From Candidatus Freyarchaeum deiterrae (lineage in GTDB: Archaea; Asgardarchaeota; Jordiarchaeia; Jordiarchaeales; Jordiarchaeaceae), in contig CP147778.1 of NCBI GenBank assembly GCA_037305845.1, positions 608,001 through 672,000 of the forward strand: a stretch of 64,000 nucleotides of DNA, given 5' to 3'. The position numbers and the translations under genes were made by a program. Below the pieces are notes generated by a model that was not told the origin of the DNA, did not search any database, and saw only the letters and a program-made list of their open reading frames with translations. Positions 9,505 through 19,434 of the stretch are shown here, one piece after another. Position 1 is the first letter of the stretch. The number at the start of each line of letters is the position of its first letter.

Positions 9505-10410
9505 ATGAAACTAACAATAAATCCCATTTCACCGTTTGACTTTGATTTAAGTGCAAAAATTTTTTCTGATGATGATAAACAAATTCGCAAATATGAGAAC
9601 GGGAAGTACTGGCAGGTTTTAAGGGTAAATAATAAACTGATTTTTACTTCCATAACTTCTTCAGGGACAGCTGATGAAGCAAAACTATTAGTGAGGTTGG
9701 AATCTAACGAAGAAATTTCTAATAACGACAAGAAAATAGCCAAAGAAATCATTTACTCCCTTTTCAATTTAGGATTTGACCTTAAACCGTTTTATGAATA
9801 TGTAAAAAAGGATAAAATCATGTCGAATTTGACCCGGAAGCTCAATGGCTTAAAGAGCCCAACAACTTCCACAGTTTACGAAGCGTTGATCGACTCAATA
9901 GTTGAACAACAAATTTCTCTAAATGTGGCACACAGCATGGAAAGAAAAATAATCAAAACCTTCGGCGACATTTTGAAGGTAGACGATGAAGTCTATTACG
10001 CATATCCAACACCACAAAAATTGGCTTCCTTAACCATAGAACAACTTCGCGAGTGTGGTTTGAGTTCAAGAAAAGCGGAGTACATCCGAGACATATCAAA
10101 ATTGGTGGCGGATGGGAAATTAGATTTGGAGAAATTCAAAGGCTACGAGGATATAAATGATATTATTAATGAACTACGTGAAATACGGGGAATCGGGGTT
10201 TGGACAGCGGAAATGACTATGGTCAGAGGAATGCAGAAACTGGAGGCTATACCTGCTGACGATATAGGTTTAAGGAGAACCATTTCGCACTACTACTGTA
10301 AAGATAGGAAAATCTCTAACGATGAGACGCGTAGAATTGCGGAGAAATGGGGAAAGTGGAAAGGTTTGGCTAGTTTTTATTTAATAATAGCTGTAAGATT
10401 GGGGTTATAG
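9505..10410 (+). CDS. alkA: DNA-3-methyladenine glycosylase II (AlkA family)
   Basis: YEAL...IVEQQIS, GLS.RKAEYI, HhH L..IRGIG.WTA, PADDIGLR. Confidence 0.9.
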   Translation: MKLTINPISPFDFDLSAKIFSDDDKQIRKYENGKYWQVLRVNNKLIFTSITSSGTADEAKLLVRLESNEEISNNDKKIAKEIIYSLFNLGFDLKPFYEYVKKDKIMSNLTRKLNGLKSPTTSTVYEALIDSIVEQQISLNVAHSMERKIIKTFGDILKVDDEVYYAYPTPQKLASLTIEQLRECGLSSRKAEYIRDISKLVADGKLDLEKFKGYEDINDIINELREIRGIGVWTAEMTMVRGMQKLEAIPADDIGLRRTISHYYCKDRKISNDETRRIAEKWGKWKGLASFYLIIAVRLGL

Positions 10411-10724
10411 GAATATAGAATTTCAGCAGCTCATTCACGCCCTCGCAGCTAATTAAAGTTTGTTTGTATATTTCTCGGTTTACGAAGTGGCACAGTTAAC
10501 TCCGTTTCCTGCCGTGAGTTATGACTAACCACAACACCCCAAAAATAAAAGAAAGCAACACGAGAGCAGAAGAATAGAACAAAACGAAACGAAAAAAAAC
10601 AAAACGAAAAAACAGGGAAAAGAACCTAAAAGTTGGACGATAAACACCTGAGAAATAAAACAAAAAAAAGAGCGTAGAGCAAGGCTCCCGAATAATCGGT
10701 CAAAAGTCCTCTAGCCCCTATTTT

Positions 10725-13628
10725 TTAAGCTTTCATTCTTCGGAAGTAGTAGACCAAACCAGCAACAAGCACCACACCCACCACAACGGCAACGCCCACA
10801 GCAGCGTAGACCATGGGACTAACGCCGCCCTGCATACCAGACAGTATCAATGCGTAAAACGCTGGAAGCATTAGAGTCACATTCACCTGGAACGGTTCCA
10901 CGTGTGATGTGGACATGTTAACCGTCCTAGGGTTGCTTCCTGAGACGGAGATCCCCTGGTAGTACACGGTAACAACGGTGGTGTTCGTAATCATGGTATC
11001 GTTTGTTATGAATGTCCTGTAGGTGACCGCAATCCAGGGGGTGACACCATTAGAATCGGTTGTGGGGTCTGTACCACCACTAAAGTGTGACGAGCGATAC
11101 ACACTTGTTCCATCGGTCACAACATTAACGTCCGCACCCGAAATAGGGAAGCCCAGAAGATCGATGACATTCACACGCAGATAGTAAGTCACTGCGCAAC
11201 CCGTAAAATCATTGATGCCAGTACAAGTAGACCAGTCATATCCCCCATTTGTATTGTTTAAAGCAGTGTTACCTGTGATGTTATTACCCGTAGAACTCCC
11301 ACTCAAATAGAAACCCCAATAGTTGTTGTTTGCATAGTTATTTGTAAGATTGTTGTTCGAGCTGGAGTCTAGGATGAAGCCGTAACCTGTATTGTTGGTT
11401 GCGTTGTTACCCGAAAGAATATTGTACGAGCTGGGATCTATGAGGAAGCCGCCGTAGCCGTTGTTGTTTGCAGTGTTACCTGTAAGATTGTTGTTCGAGC
11501 TGGAGGATAGGTGGAAGCCGTATTGGTTGTTGTTGTTTGCGGTGTTACCCGAAATAATGTTGTTGTTCGAGCTGATGTTAAGGTAGAAGCCGCTGTTGGT
11601 GTTTTTGTTTGCGGTGTTGCCCGAAAGAGTATTATTGTTAGCGCTGGCGATTAGGCCGAAGCCGTATTGGTTGTTGTTGTTTGCTGTGTTACCCGTAAGA
11701 GTATTGTAAGAGCTGCTCCATATGTAGAAGCCGCCGTTGGTATTGTTTGTGGCATTGTTACCCGAAAGAATATTGTTGTTCGAGCTGGAGTACACCCAGA
11801 AGCCGATGGTGTTGTTTGTAGCTGTGTTACCCGAAAGATTATTGTTTTCCGCGCTATTGTACAGCAAGAAGCCTCTTTGTTGGTTGTTGTTTGCTGTGTT
11901 ACCCGAAAGAGTATTGTTCGAGCTGGAGAGTAGATAGAAGCCGTCGAAGGTGTTGTTGTTTGCAGTATTACCCAAAAGAATATTATTGCTATAGCTTTGA
12001 TACAGGTAGAAGCCGTCGCCGGTGTTGTTGTTAGCGTTGTTACCCGAAAGATTATTGTAAGAGCTTTCGTCTAGGTAGAAGCCGTAGTTGTTGTTTGTGG
12101 CGTTGTTACCCGAAAGAGTATTGTAAGAGCTGTAGTACAGGTGGAAGCCGTAGGCGGTGTTGTTGGTTGCGTTGTTACCCGAAAGAGTATAGTTCGAGCA
12201 AAAGTATAGGAAGAAGCCGTCGGGGTTGTTGTATGCAGTGTTACTAGAAAGAGTATTGTAAGAGCTGGAGTTTAGGTAGAACCCCAAAACGTGGTTGTTG
12301 TTTGCTGTGTTACCCGTAAGAGTATTGTTGGTCGAGCTGGAGTCTAGCCAGAAGCCGTATTGAGTGTTGTAGTTTGCCGTGTTACCCGTAAGAGTATTGT
12401 TAGAGCTGGATAGGTAGAAGCCATATTGGGTGTTGTTTGCTGTGTTACCCGAAAGAGTATTGTTAGAGCTGGATAGGTAGAAGCCGTAGTGGGTGGTGTT
12501 GGTTACTTTGTTACCCGAAAGAGTATTGTTGTACGAGCTGCTCCATAGGTAGAAGCCGTCTTGGATGTTGTTGTTTGCTGTGTTATTTGTAAGATTGTTG
12601 TACGAGCTGGCGTATATGTCGAAGCCGTCTTGGGTGTTGTTGTTTGCGTTGTTAACAGAAAGAGTATTGTTTGCGCTATTGTCTAGGTAGAAGCCGCTGT
12701 TTGTGTTGTTTGTGGCGTTGTTACCCGAAAGAGTATTGTTGTTCGAGCTGACGTTAATGTAAAATCCGTCGGTGTTTTTGGTTGCCGTGTTACTCGAAAG
12801 AGTATTGTTGTTAGCCGTCGCGATTAGGTTGAAGCCGTCTCTACTGTTGTTGGTTGCATTGTTACCCGAAAGAGTATTGTTACGGCTGGCGGCTACGAAG
12901 AAGCCGTCTCTACTGTTGTTGGTTGCATTGTTACCCGAAAGAGTATTGTAGTAGCTGCTGTGTAGGTAGAAGCCGTCGATGCTGTTGTTGGTTGCGGTGT
13001 TATTTGTAAGATTGTTGTTTGAGCAGGAGAGTAGGCCGAATCCTAATTGGGTGTTGTTGTTTGCAGTGTTACCCGAAAGAATGTTGTTAGAGTTATTGAA
13101 CAGGTAGAAGCCGTACCAGTAGTTGTTGTTTGCGGTGTTACCAGAAAGAATATTGTAGTTCGAGCTATTGTCTATTAAGAAGCCGTATTGTGTGTTGTTG
13201 TTTGCCGTGTTACCTGAGAGCGTGTTGTTTGAGCTGGAGTTTAGGAAGAAGCCGATTTCCCACCCTGTGACTTTGACGTTCTTTATGGTCACGTTGCTTC
13301 TGCCAGTCAAGTTGAAGCCCAACCCGGATCCAGAGCCCAGCAGGTAGTATCCGTGTCCGTTTATCACTATGTTGTCAGCCGTAACATTTATCGGTTGAGA
13401 TTGGTTTCCTGAAAAATCCCAGTTAACCCCGATGTCCTGCTTGGGTTGAATGATGGTGTTAGGACTCTGGTGGATGCCCTGCATATAAACGCTGATTAGA
13501 GGATACGAGTTTCGGTTCTGGTTTTGGGTTTGGTTTATGGTAAATGTGAGGATGGTTGCTGTGAGTAGAACTGCTGCTAAAACTACTGCTATCCTTAGGG
13601 TTTTTTTGTTTCCCCTGATGTTTCTCAT
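10725..13628 (-). CDS. Secreted, membrane-anchored right-handed beta-helix (NosD/PbH1-like repeat) surface protein
   Basis: N-terminal signal/TM segment, about 30 repeats of GF.L.SSSNNTLSGNTANNN, C-terminal TM plus RRMK. Confidence 0.9.
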   Translation of the reverse strand: MRNIRGNKKTLRIAVVLAAVLLTATILTFTINQTQNQNRNSYPLISVYMQGIHQSPNTIIQPKQDIGVNWDFSGNQSQPINVTADNIVINGHGYYLLGSGSGLGFNLTGRSNVTIKNVKVTGWEIGFFLNSSSNNTLSGNTANNNTQYGFLIDNSSNYNILSGNTANNNYWYGFYLFNNSNNILSGNTANNNTQLGFGLLSCSNNNLTNNTATNNSIDGFYLHSSYYNTLSGNNATNNSRDGFFVAASRNNTLSGNNATNNSRDGFNLIATANNNTLSSNTATKNTDGFYINVSSNNNTLSGNNATNNTNSGFYLDNSANNTLSVNNANNNTQDGFDIYASSYNNLTNNTANNNIQDGFYLWSSSYNNTLSGNKVTNTTHYGFYLSSSNNTLSGNTANNTQYGFYLSSSNNTLTGNTANYNTQYGFWLDSSSTNNTLTGNTANNNHVLGFYLNSSSYNTLSSNTAYNNPDGFFLYFCSNYTLSGNNATNNTAYGFHLYYSSYNTLSGNNATNNNYGFYLDESSYNNLSGNNANNNTGDGFYLYQSYSNNILLGNTANNNTFDGFYLLSSSNNTLSGNTANNNQQRGFLLYNSAENNNLSGNTATNNTIGFWVYSSSNNNILSGNNATNNTNGGFYIWSSSYNTLTGNTANNNNQYGFGLIASANNNTLSGNTANKNTNSGFYLNISSNNNIISGNTANNNNQYGFHLSSSSNNNLTGNTANNNGYGGFLIDPSSYNILSGNNATNNTGYGFILDSSSNNNLTNNYANNNYWGFYLSGSSTGNNITGNTALNNTNGGYDWSTCTGINDFTGCAVTYYLRVNVIDLLGFPISGADVNVVTDGTSVYRSSHFSGGTDPTTDSNGVTPWIAVTYRTFITNDTMITNTTVVTVYYQGISVSGSNPRTVNMSTSHVEPFQVNVTLMLPAFYALILSGMQGGVSPMVYAAVGVAVVVGVVLVAGLVYYFRRMKA
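11280..13260 (-). repeat. Tandem ~66-72 bp coding repeats (beta-helix rungs)
   Basis: Recurrent gttacccgaaagagtattgt and gtagaagccgt units; near-identical ~50 bp copies at 12831 and 12900. Confidence 0.9.
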
Positions 13629-13914
13629 AATTTTCCCTTTTATTTTATTTTTTTATGGTTGTTTGTTTGTGTTTCGTTTAGTAGAAACAATTAAGTTTTT
13701 CCAGAGGGCAGGCTCCGTGTTTAGTTAGTTTGGGAGGGCTTGTTTCTCTTTTCTGCTATTTCTTGTGGTCAAGATGAGTGGAGAAGGATAGTTGGCTATT
13801 TGTTAGATTTTCCTGCCGCTCTGCCTTCTTCCTCTATGGGTTAGAAGCTAAATGTTTATGTTTGAGTAACTTTGAATATAACATATTTATATTTTGTGTT
13901 TTCCTTCTTTTTCG

Positions 13915-13933
13915 TGCCTAATTCAATTAGGCA
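13915..13933. promoter_or_regulatory. 9-1-9 inverted repeat upstream of the beta-helix gene
   Basis: TGCCTAATT-C-AATTAGGCA. Confidence 0.4.
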
Positions 13934-14450
13934 ATAAATGGGATTCCTCCAAAAAAAGAGCACAAGTAAGCATGTTTAATAAAGGCAAAAAAAACAAAAA
14001 CTACTGAAAAGGGGGGGGTGCGGCGCAAGCATCCACACACGTATTCTTGGTGTCCTTACCTACCTATTATTCCGAAAAATGGGTGCCTGTTCCTTATCTT
14101 ATTCTTTTGAGCGTTCTTGAATCTATTTTGTAAAATTATAGGATGATGTAGAATTAGCTGATCTCACTTCTCTTTTTTGAGGCTTGGCTTTAAGTCGAGA
14201 ATGTTCATAAGCTTTATTGAATGCTTTTTCGAGGCGGGAGCGAACCATTCTGTTCCGCGTCACCGTTGTGGTTTTCAGTAACTTTTTTCAGCCCTTTTGG
14301 TATTCAAACGAACAATTATATTTCCCTTTTCTTTTCTAAACACTTCTGTAAATTAATTTAGAGGCGTCTTCTATACGTCTGAACTTAGCTCATATCAGGA
14401 AACGCGGGGATAACTGTGTCTACGAAGTAACCGAAAGGTTTATTAAATTT

Positions 14451-14507
14451 ACTGTAATATTACAGTCGTTGACTATAATATATTGCTTCGAACTGTAATA
14501 TTAAGGT
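14451..14507 (+). promoter_or_regulatory. Operator array for the adjacent wHTH regulator
   Basis: Perfect palindrome ACTGTAATATTACAGT (14451-14466) just after a TATA-like TTTATTAAA; degenerate copies at 14472 and 14492. Confidence 0.75.
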
Positions 14508-14838
14508 GTTCAAAATGTGTGGCGAAAACTATCCAAACAATAGACTGAATAAGCTGCAAAATTTGATGGGAGTGCTCCATTGCCCAACCCGTTGGTTAAT
14601 CATTGATTTTATAGGTGAAGGAACCAAAAGCACCAAGGAAATCTATGAGCATCTTATAGAAAATAATGAGAAACTAACCCCTTCGGGATTATACTATCAC
14701 TTATCCGAATTAAAGAATGGCGAAATCATCGAGGTTGCAGAGTATAAAGAAGATGGCGGAGGAGCACCAAAGAAGGTTTGGAAATTAAAGCAGAAAAAAA
14801 TAGTAATCGATTTGCTAAAGCCTGAAGGAGATGAGTAA
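14506..14838 (+). CDS. ArsR-like winged-helix transcriptional regulator
   Basis: LHCPTR..II..I, GLYYHLSEL...IIE HTH. Confidence 0.8.
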   Translation: MFKMCGENYPNNRLNKLQNLMGVLHCPTRWLIIDFIGEGTKSTKEIYEHLIENNEKLTPSGLYYHLSELKNGEIIEVAEYKEDGGGAPKKVWKLKQKKIVIDLLKPEGDE

Positions 14839-15049
14839 AATGTGTGGACCGGAAACAGGTAGACATCACGGAACGAAGGGCATGTGTGGATGCCAGAGTT
14901 ATTATCTGAAACCAGGATTTAAAGGAAGTATTATAATGGAAGACTTGACAAATGAGGAAAGGATAGAAATTCTAAAGGATTACAAAAAAATTCTGGAAAA
15001 AGAGCTTGAAAGCGTGAATAAGGAAATAAAAAGTCTCAAAGAAGAATAG
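14831..15049 (+). CDS. Small Cys/His N-terminal, coiled-coil protein (DUF5320-like)
   Basis: MCG...HHG..GMCGC then EERIE.LKDYKK.LEKELE.V.KEI..L. Confidence 0.65.
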   Translation: MSKMCGPETGRHHGTKGMCGCQSYYLKPGFKGSIIMEDLTNEERIEILKDYKKILEKELESVNKEIKSLKEE

Positions 15050-15068
15050 AGAAGGAGCAGTAAGCAGA

Positions 15069-16004
15069 TTGACCAGCGTCATAGAAGTAAGCAATCTCAC
15101 CAAGTACTACGGCGAGCAAACAGCGGTCGACCACATAAGCTTCAAGGTGAAGGCGGGTGAAGTCTTCGGCTTTCTTGGTCCAAATGGTGCAGGTAAGACC
15201 ACAACCATCAGGATGCTCACCGGAATAATTGAGCCGGATGAAGGAACAGCACAAATAATGGGATACGATATTCGCCGCCAAACAGTAAAAGCCAAGGAGC
15301 TAATGGGAATTTTGCCAGAAACATCAAATGCATACGTAGACCTCTCCGCTTGGAACAACCTTATGCTCATGGGAGAAATATACGGAGTTCCAAAAAAAGA
15401 GAGAGAAGAAAAGGCTAAGGAATTACTTCAGAGGCTCGGTCTTTACGAGAGAAAGGATGATCACGTAAAAGGCTTTTCCCAAGGGATGAAGAAAAGACTA
15501 ATGATATGTATGGCTCTGATACACAGCCCCCCGCTCCTATTTCTGGACGAACCCACAAGTGCACTCGATGTTCAGAGCACTAGACTCATCCGAGATATGC
15601 TCAGAGAACTAAATGAAAACGACACAAGCATATTTTTAACTACCCACAACATGGAAGAGGCGAATCTGCTATGCGACAGAGTCGCCATAATTAACCATGG
15701 GAAAATAGCAGCAATAGATAGCCCTGAAAAGCTGAAAAGCAGAATTGGTGGATTGAACTCGGTGGAGGTTAGCTTTACTTCTTCCCCAAAATTAGAAAGA
15801 TTAGCAGAAATAACCAACGTAAGAGAAGTTAAAAAGTTTGGAGATAAGTTCAGATTGTACACAAGCAATCCCAGTGAAGTAATAGCTCAAATAATGGAAT
15901 ACACCCAGAAAAACGATTCACAAATTGTGACTCTTCAAACTCTTGCTCCAACCCTAGAGGATATATTCGTCAAGCTCACAGAAGAGAAAGGAAGGAGTAA
16001 ATAA
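15069..16004 (+). CDS. ABC-2 exporter ATP-binding subunit (copy 1)
   Basis: GPNGAGKTT, FSQGM, LFLDEPT, TTH. Confidence 0.95.
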   Translation: MTSVIEVSNLTKYYGEQTAVDHISFKVKAGEVFGFLGPNGAGKTTTIRMLTGIIEPDEGTAQIMGYDIRRQTVKAKELMGILPETSNAYVDLSAWNNLMLMGEIYGVPKKEREEKAKELLQRLGLYERKDDHVKGFSQGMKKRLMICMALIHSPPLLFLDEPTSALDVQSTRLIRDMLRELNENDTSIFLTTHNMEEANLLCDRVAIINHGKIAAIDSPEKLKSRIGGLNSVEVSFTSSPKLERLAEITNVREVKKFGDKFRLYTSNPSEVIAQIMEYTQKNDSQIVTLQTLAPTLEDIFVKLTEEKGRSK

Positions 16005-16007
16005 ACT

Positions 16008-16763
16008 ATGACAGTTAAAGTGAGACATATTACGCAAAGTAAGCGTGCCTTTGTTATCGCAAAGAAGAATATTCGCATATACTACCTTAAAGGACCGGTA
16101 ATCACTTTCGGGATATTGATGCCGGTGTTCCTTGCCTTAGCTTTCTCTATTGGAAGAAATGTTTCCTTAAGCTCACTAATGCCCGGCTTATTTGCAATGA
16201 CTCTGTTCTTTACGGCAACAGCTGTAGGCCCACTAATCATGCCATGGGAAACTACCATGAGAACCCTTGAGAGATTGGTATCCACTCCAGCGAGCCTCCC
16301 CGCAATCATATTAGGGGACGTAATTGCCTCAGTTATCTTTGGGATCATCATATCTGTCGTGCCTCTTGTAGTTGGAGTATTTACGGGCGTAACCATAGCA
16401 AATTTCCTAATACTAATAGTAGGTATGGTAATTGCAGCATTCTGCTTTTCTTGCCTCGGAGAATTGTTCTCTGTACCTCCTACATCTATGCCAGCCCCGG
16501 TAATGATGCTTGCATCGGTTGTAAGATTCCCCTTGGTATTCATCAGTGGAATTTTTATACCAGTAGAACAATTGCCCGGATGGGGGCAAGCAATAGCACT
16601 CTTCTCCCCCCTCACTTATTTTACAGACCTAGTAAGATACGCTACTCAGGGGTCAGGGTATTTCCCAGTATTTGTGGACATAGGAATGCTCATACTGTTT
16701 AGTGCGATCTTCCTTTTTGCAGCAATAATCATCCACAAACGAAACCTATCAAAAAGGTTTTAG
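16008..16763 (+). CDS. ABC-2 permease (copy 1)
   Basis: Six TM segments, TLERL..TP, FISGIF.P...LP.W. Confidence 0.92.
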   Translation: MTVKVRHITQSKRAFVIAKKNIRIYYLKGPVITFGILMPVFLALAFSIGRNVSLSSLMPGLFAMTLFFTATAVGPLIMPWETTMRTLERLVSTPASLPAIILGDVIASVIFGIIISVVPLVVGVFTGVTIANFLILIVGMVIAAFCFSCLGELFSVPPTSMPAPVMMLASVVRFPLVFISGIFIPVEQLPGWGQAIALFSPLTYFTDLVRYATQGSGYFPVFVDIGMLILFSAIFLFAAIIIHKRNLSKRF

Positions 16764-17300
16764 AAACGATTTTAAGAGGCTTGAAGCCTCAACTTTTTTT
16801 CTCATCAGGTCTAAATATTTACCTAGCTATGCAAGTCTAGCACAAGTGAATCATTTTAAAAAAAGCCCTAGAAGAATCATATAAAATCCAAAATAGGTAT
16901 ATATTTAGCCTTTTTTGGTTTTTCAGCTTTAGAACGTACTTAAGCATGATTCGCAAGATTATTGCAATGATGGATGTGTCTGACAAAGAATCCGTTGCCG
17001 AAGCCCTTGGAAATCACCATGCTGGGCTATGAGGTAGTCGAGAAGATAGAAGCTCTACACCACATCGGCCAGAATACTACTCCCAAAAGATTGGGTCGGA
17101 AAAAGGGTCAGAGTTGTCCGACTGGCCTCCTAAAAGGACGGTTGGGAGAAGAGCTAAGTACATACGATAATAAAAAAGATTTTTTTATAAATCTAATAAT
17201 CTTAAAATAGATAAGAGGCTTCAATCTCCGAAAGGCGTAAATTTAGACATGGTTACACATGCTAATTGTAAAATTTTAGATTATTACTAGAGGACTTGAA

Positions 17301-17495
17301 ATGTTTATTAATATTCTCGGAACTACTGGCATGTGCGGATGTCCAAGTCATTATTTGAGACCAGGATTCGGAGAAGGCGTAACGGAAATCTTAACAAAAG
17401 GGGAAAGGACAGAAACGCTAAAGGATTACAAAAGAATCCCAGAGAAAGAGCTTGAAAGTGTGAATTGGGGAATGAGAAGGCTCAAAGGAGAATAG
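17301..17495 (+). CDS. Degenerate paralogue of the small Cys/coiled-coil protein
   Basis: GMCGC..Y L.PGF and LKDYK.I.EKELESVN shared with 14831-15049; altered N-terminus and a Pro in the coiled coil. Confidence 0.5.
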   Translation: MFINILGTTGMCGCPSHYLRPGFGEGVTEILTKGERTETLKDYKRIPEKELESVNWGMRRLKGE

Positions 17496-17513
17496 AGGGG
17501 GGCATTAAGTACA

Positions 17514-18440
17514 TTGAGCAGTATCATAAAAGTAAGTAATCTTACCAAGTATTATGGCGAGCTAACAGCTGTCGATCACCTAAGCTTCGAGGTTGAGAAG
17601 GGAGAGTTCTTCGGCTTTCTTGGCCCAAATGGGGCGGGTAAAACCACCACCATCAGGATGCTCACCGGGATAATTGAGCCGGATGAAGGAACAGCACAAA
17701 TAATGGGTCATGATATTCGCCGCGAAACAGTAAAGGCCAAGGAGGTTATGGGAATTTTGCCAGAAACGGCAAATGCGTACGTAGACATCTCCGCTTGGCA
17801 CAACCTTATGCTCATGGGAGAGCTCTATGATGTTCCCAAAAAAGAGAGAGAAGAGAGGGCTAAGGAATTACTTGAGAGGTTTGATCTTTACGATAGAAAG
17901 GATAGTCATGTAAAAGATTTTTCTCATGGAATGACGCAAAGATTGATGATATGTATGGCTCTAATACACACGCCCCCGGTTCTATTTCTGGACGAACCTA
18001 CAACTGCACTCGATGTTCATAGCACTAGGCTCATCCGAAGCATGCTTCGAGAACTAAATGAAAATGGAGTCACCATATTTTTAACAACTCACAATATGGA
18101 AGAGGCTAATCTACTGTGTGAGAGAGTAGCTATCATTAACCATGGGAAAATAGCAGCAATAGATAGCCCTGAAAAGCTTAAAGTCAGAATTGGCGGATTG
18201 AACTCGGTGGAGGTTAGCTTCACCTCGCCCCCTAATTTAGAAGAATTAGCTGAAATACCTTCAGTGAGGGAAGTGAAAAGATTTGGAGATAAGGTCAGAC
18301 TGTACACCAGTAATCCTGGTGAGGTAGCAATGAGCGTAACTGAGTATGCGCAAAAGATTAATTCGAGTATAGTGACTATTCAGACGCTTTCCCCAAACCT
18401 TGAGGAAGTGTTTGTTATGCTCACAGAGGGAAAGGAGTGA
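17514..18440 (+). CDS. ABC-2 exporter ATP-binding subunit (copy 2)
   Basis: Walker A/B motifs; close paralogue of 15069-16004. Confidence 0.95.
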   Translation: MSSIIKVSNLTKYYGELTAVDHLSFEVEKGEFFGFLGPNGAGKTTTIRMLTGIIEPDEGTAQIMGHDIRRETVKAKEVMGILPETANAYVDISAWHNLMLMGELYDVPKKEREERAKELLERFDLYDRKDSHVKDFSHGMTQRLMICMALIHTPPVLFLDEPTTALDVHSTRLIRSMLRELNENGVTIFLTTHNMEEANLLCERVAIINHGKIAAIDSPEKLKVRIGGLNSVEVSFTSPPNLEELAEIPSVREVKRFGDKVRLYTSNPGEVAMSVTEYAQKINSSIVTIQTLSPNLEEVFVMLTEGKE

Positions 18441-18449
18441 AAGGCAACT

Positions 18450-19205
18450 ATGATATTTAACGGAGGATTCAATAAGCAAATGAAACATGCACTTGCTATA
18501 GCAAAAAAGGACATTCGTATATACTACTTAAAGGGCTCAGTATTCACTTTCGGAGTATTAATTCCTTTATTCCTCTTCTTAGCGTTCTCCGTTGGAAGAA
18601 ATATTCCTATAGGTCAACAGATATCCGGCTTATTGGGAATGACTCTGTTATTTACGGCAACAGCTGTAAGCCCGATAATCATGCCATGGGAAGGGACTAG
18701 GAGAACACTTGAGAGATTGGTTTCTACTCCGGTCTCTCTTTCAACGATCATACTGGGGGATGTAATTGCTTCGTTCATATTTGGAATTATTATATCTATT
18801 GTGCCTATTGCTGCCGGGCTAATTATTGGCGTACCCATAGAGAATCCTATAATACTGGTAGTGGGGATAATACTTGCATCATTCTGCTTTTCTTGCATCG
18901 GAGAACTGTTCGCCACACCACCCACAAACGTACCCTCCACGATAATGATGCTTTCGTCGCTAATAAAATTCCCACTATTATTTGTCAGCGGAATCTTCGT
19001 ACCAATTCAACAATTGCCCGGATGGGGGCAGGCAGTAGCGGTCTTCTCTCCCCTCACCTATTTTACAGACCTAGCAAATTATGTAACTCAGGGGTCGGGG
19101 TATTTCCCAGTATTTGTGGACATAGGAATGCTCATACTGTTTAGCGCGATCTTCCTCCTCGCAGCAATATATCTCCACAAGCGAACTCTATCAAGCAGAC
19201 TATAA
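18450..19205 (+). CDS. ABC-2 permease (copy 2)
   Basis: Paralogue of 16008-16763. Confidence 0.92.
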   Translation: MIFNGGFNKQMKHALAIAKKDIRIYYLKGSVFTFGVLIPLFLFLAFSVGRNIPIGQQISGLLGMTLLFTATAVSPIIMPWEGTRRTLERLVSTPVSLSTIILGDVIASFIFGIIISIVPIAAGLIIGVPIENPIILVVGIILASFCFSCIGELFATPPTNVPSTIMMLSSLIKFPLLFVSGIFVPIQQLPGWGQAVAVFSPLTYFTDLANYVTQGSGYFPVFVDIGMLILFSAIFLLAAIYLHKRTLSSRL

Positions 19206-19434
19206 ACACAATCACGAGACTCTGAAGCCTTTAACTTCTTAATTATTATTCGTTCAGCCTCAATATTTGATCTTGTCAACACAAATCCAGCATACGCTAT
19301 CAGTTTAAAAGAATCTATAAGATAATCATTTAAAAATCAAGATATAAATTCTAAAATTTTAAAGGCTAAATGTATTTTTTCGTATATTCTCATATTTGTC
19401 GTCTAAAAAAGGGAAATTGGTGTGTGTTGTTTTT

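Noticed and set aside
11280-13260. Regular repeats as a CRISPR array
   Set aside because: In-frame, degenerate coding repeats of a beta-helix; no constant repeat/unique spacer structure and no cas genes
14130-14320. Possible minus-strand gene remnant (GTEWFAPASKKHSIKLMNILDL)
   Set aside because: No start and no recognisable family
16940-17210. GC-richer patch between the ABC duplicates as an IS or gene
   Set aside because: No transposase motif or terminal repeats; possibly a frameshifted relic but not assignable
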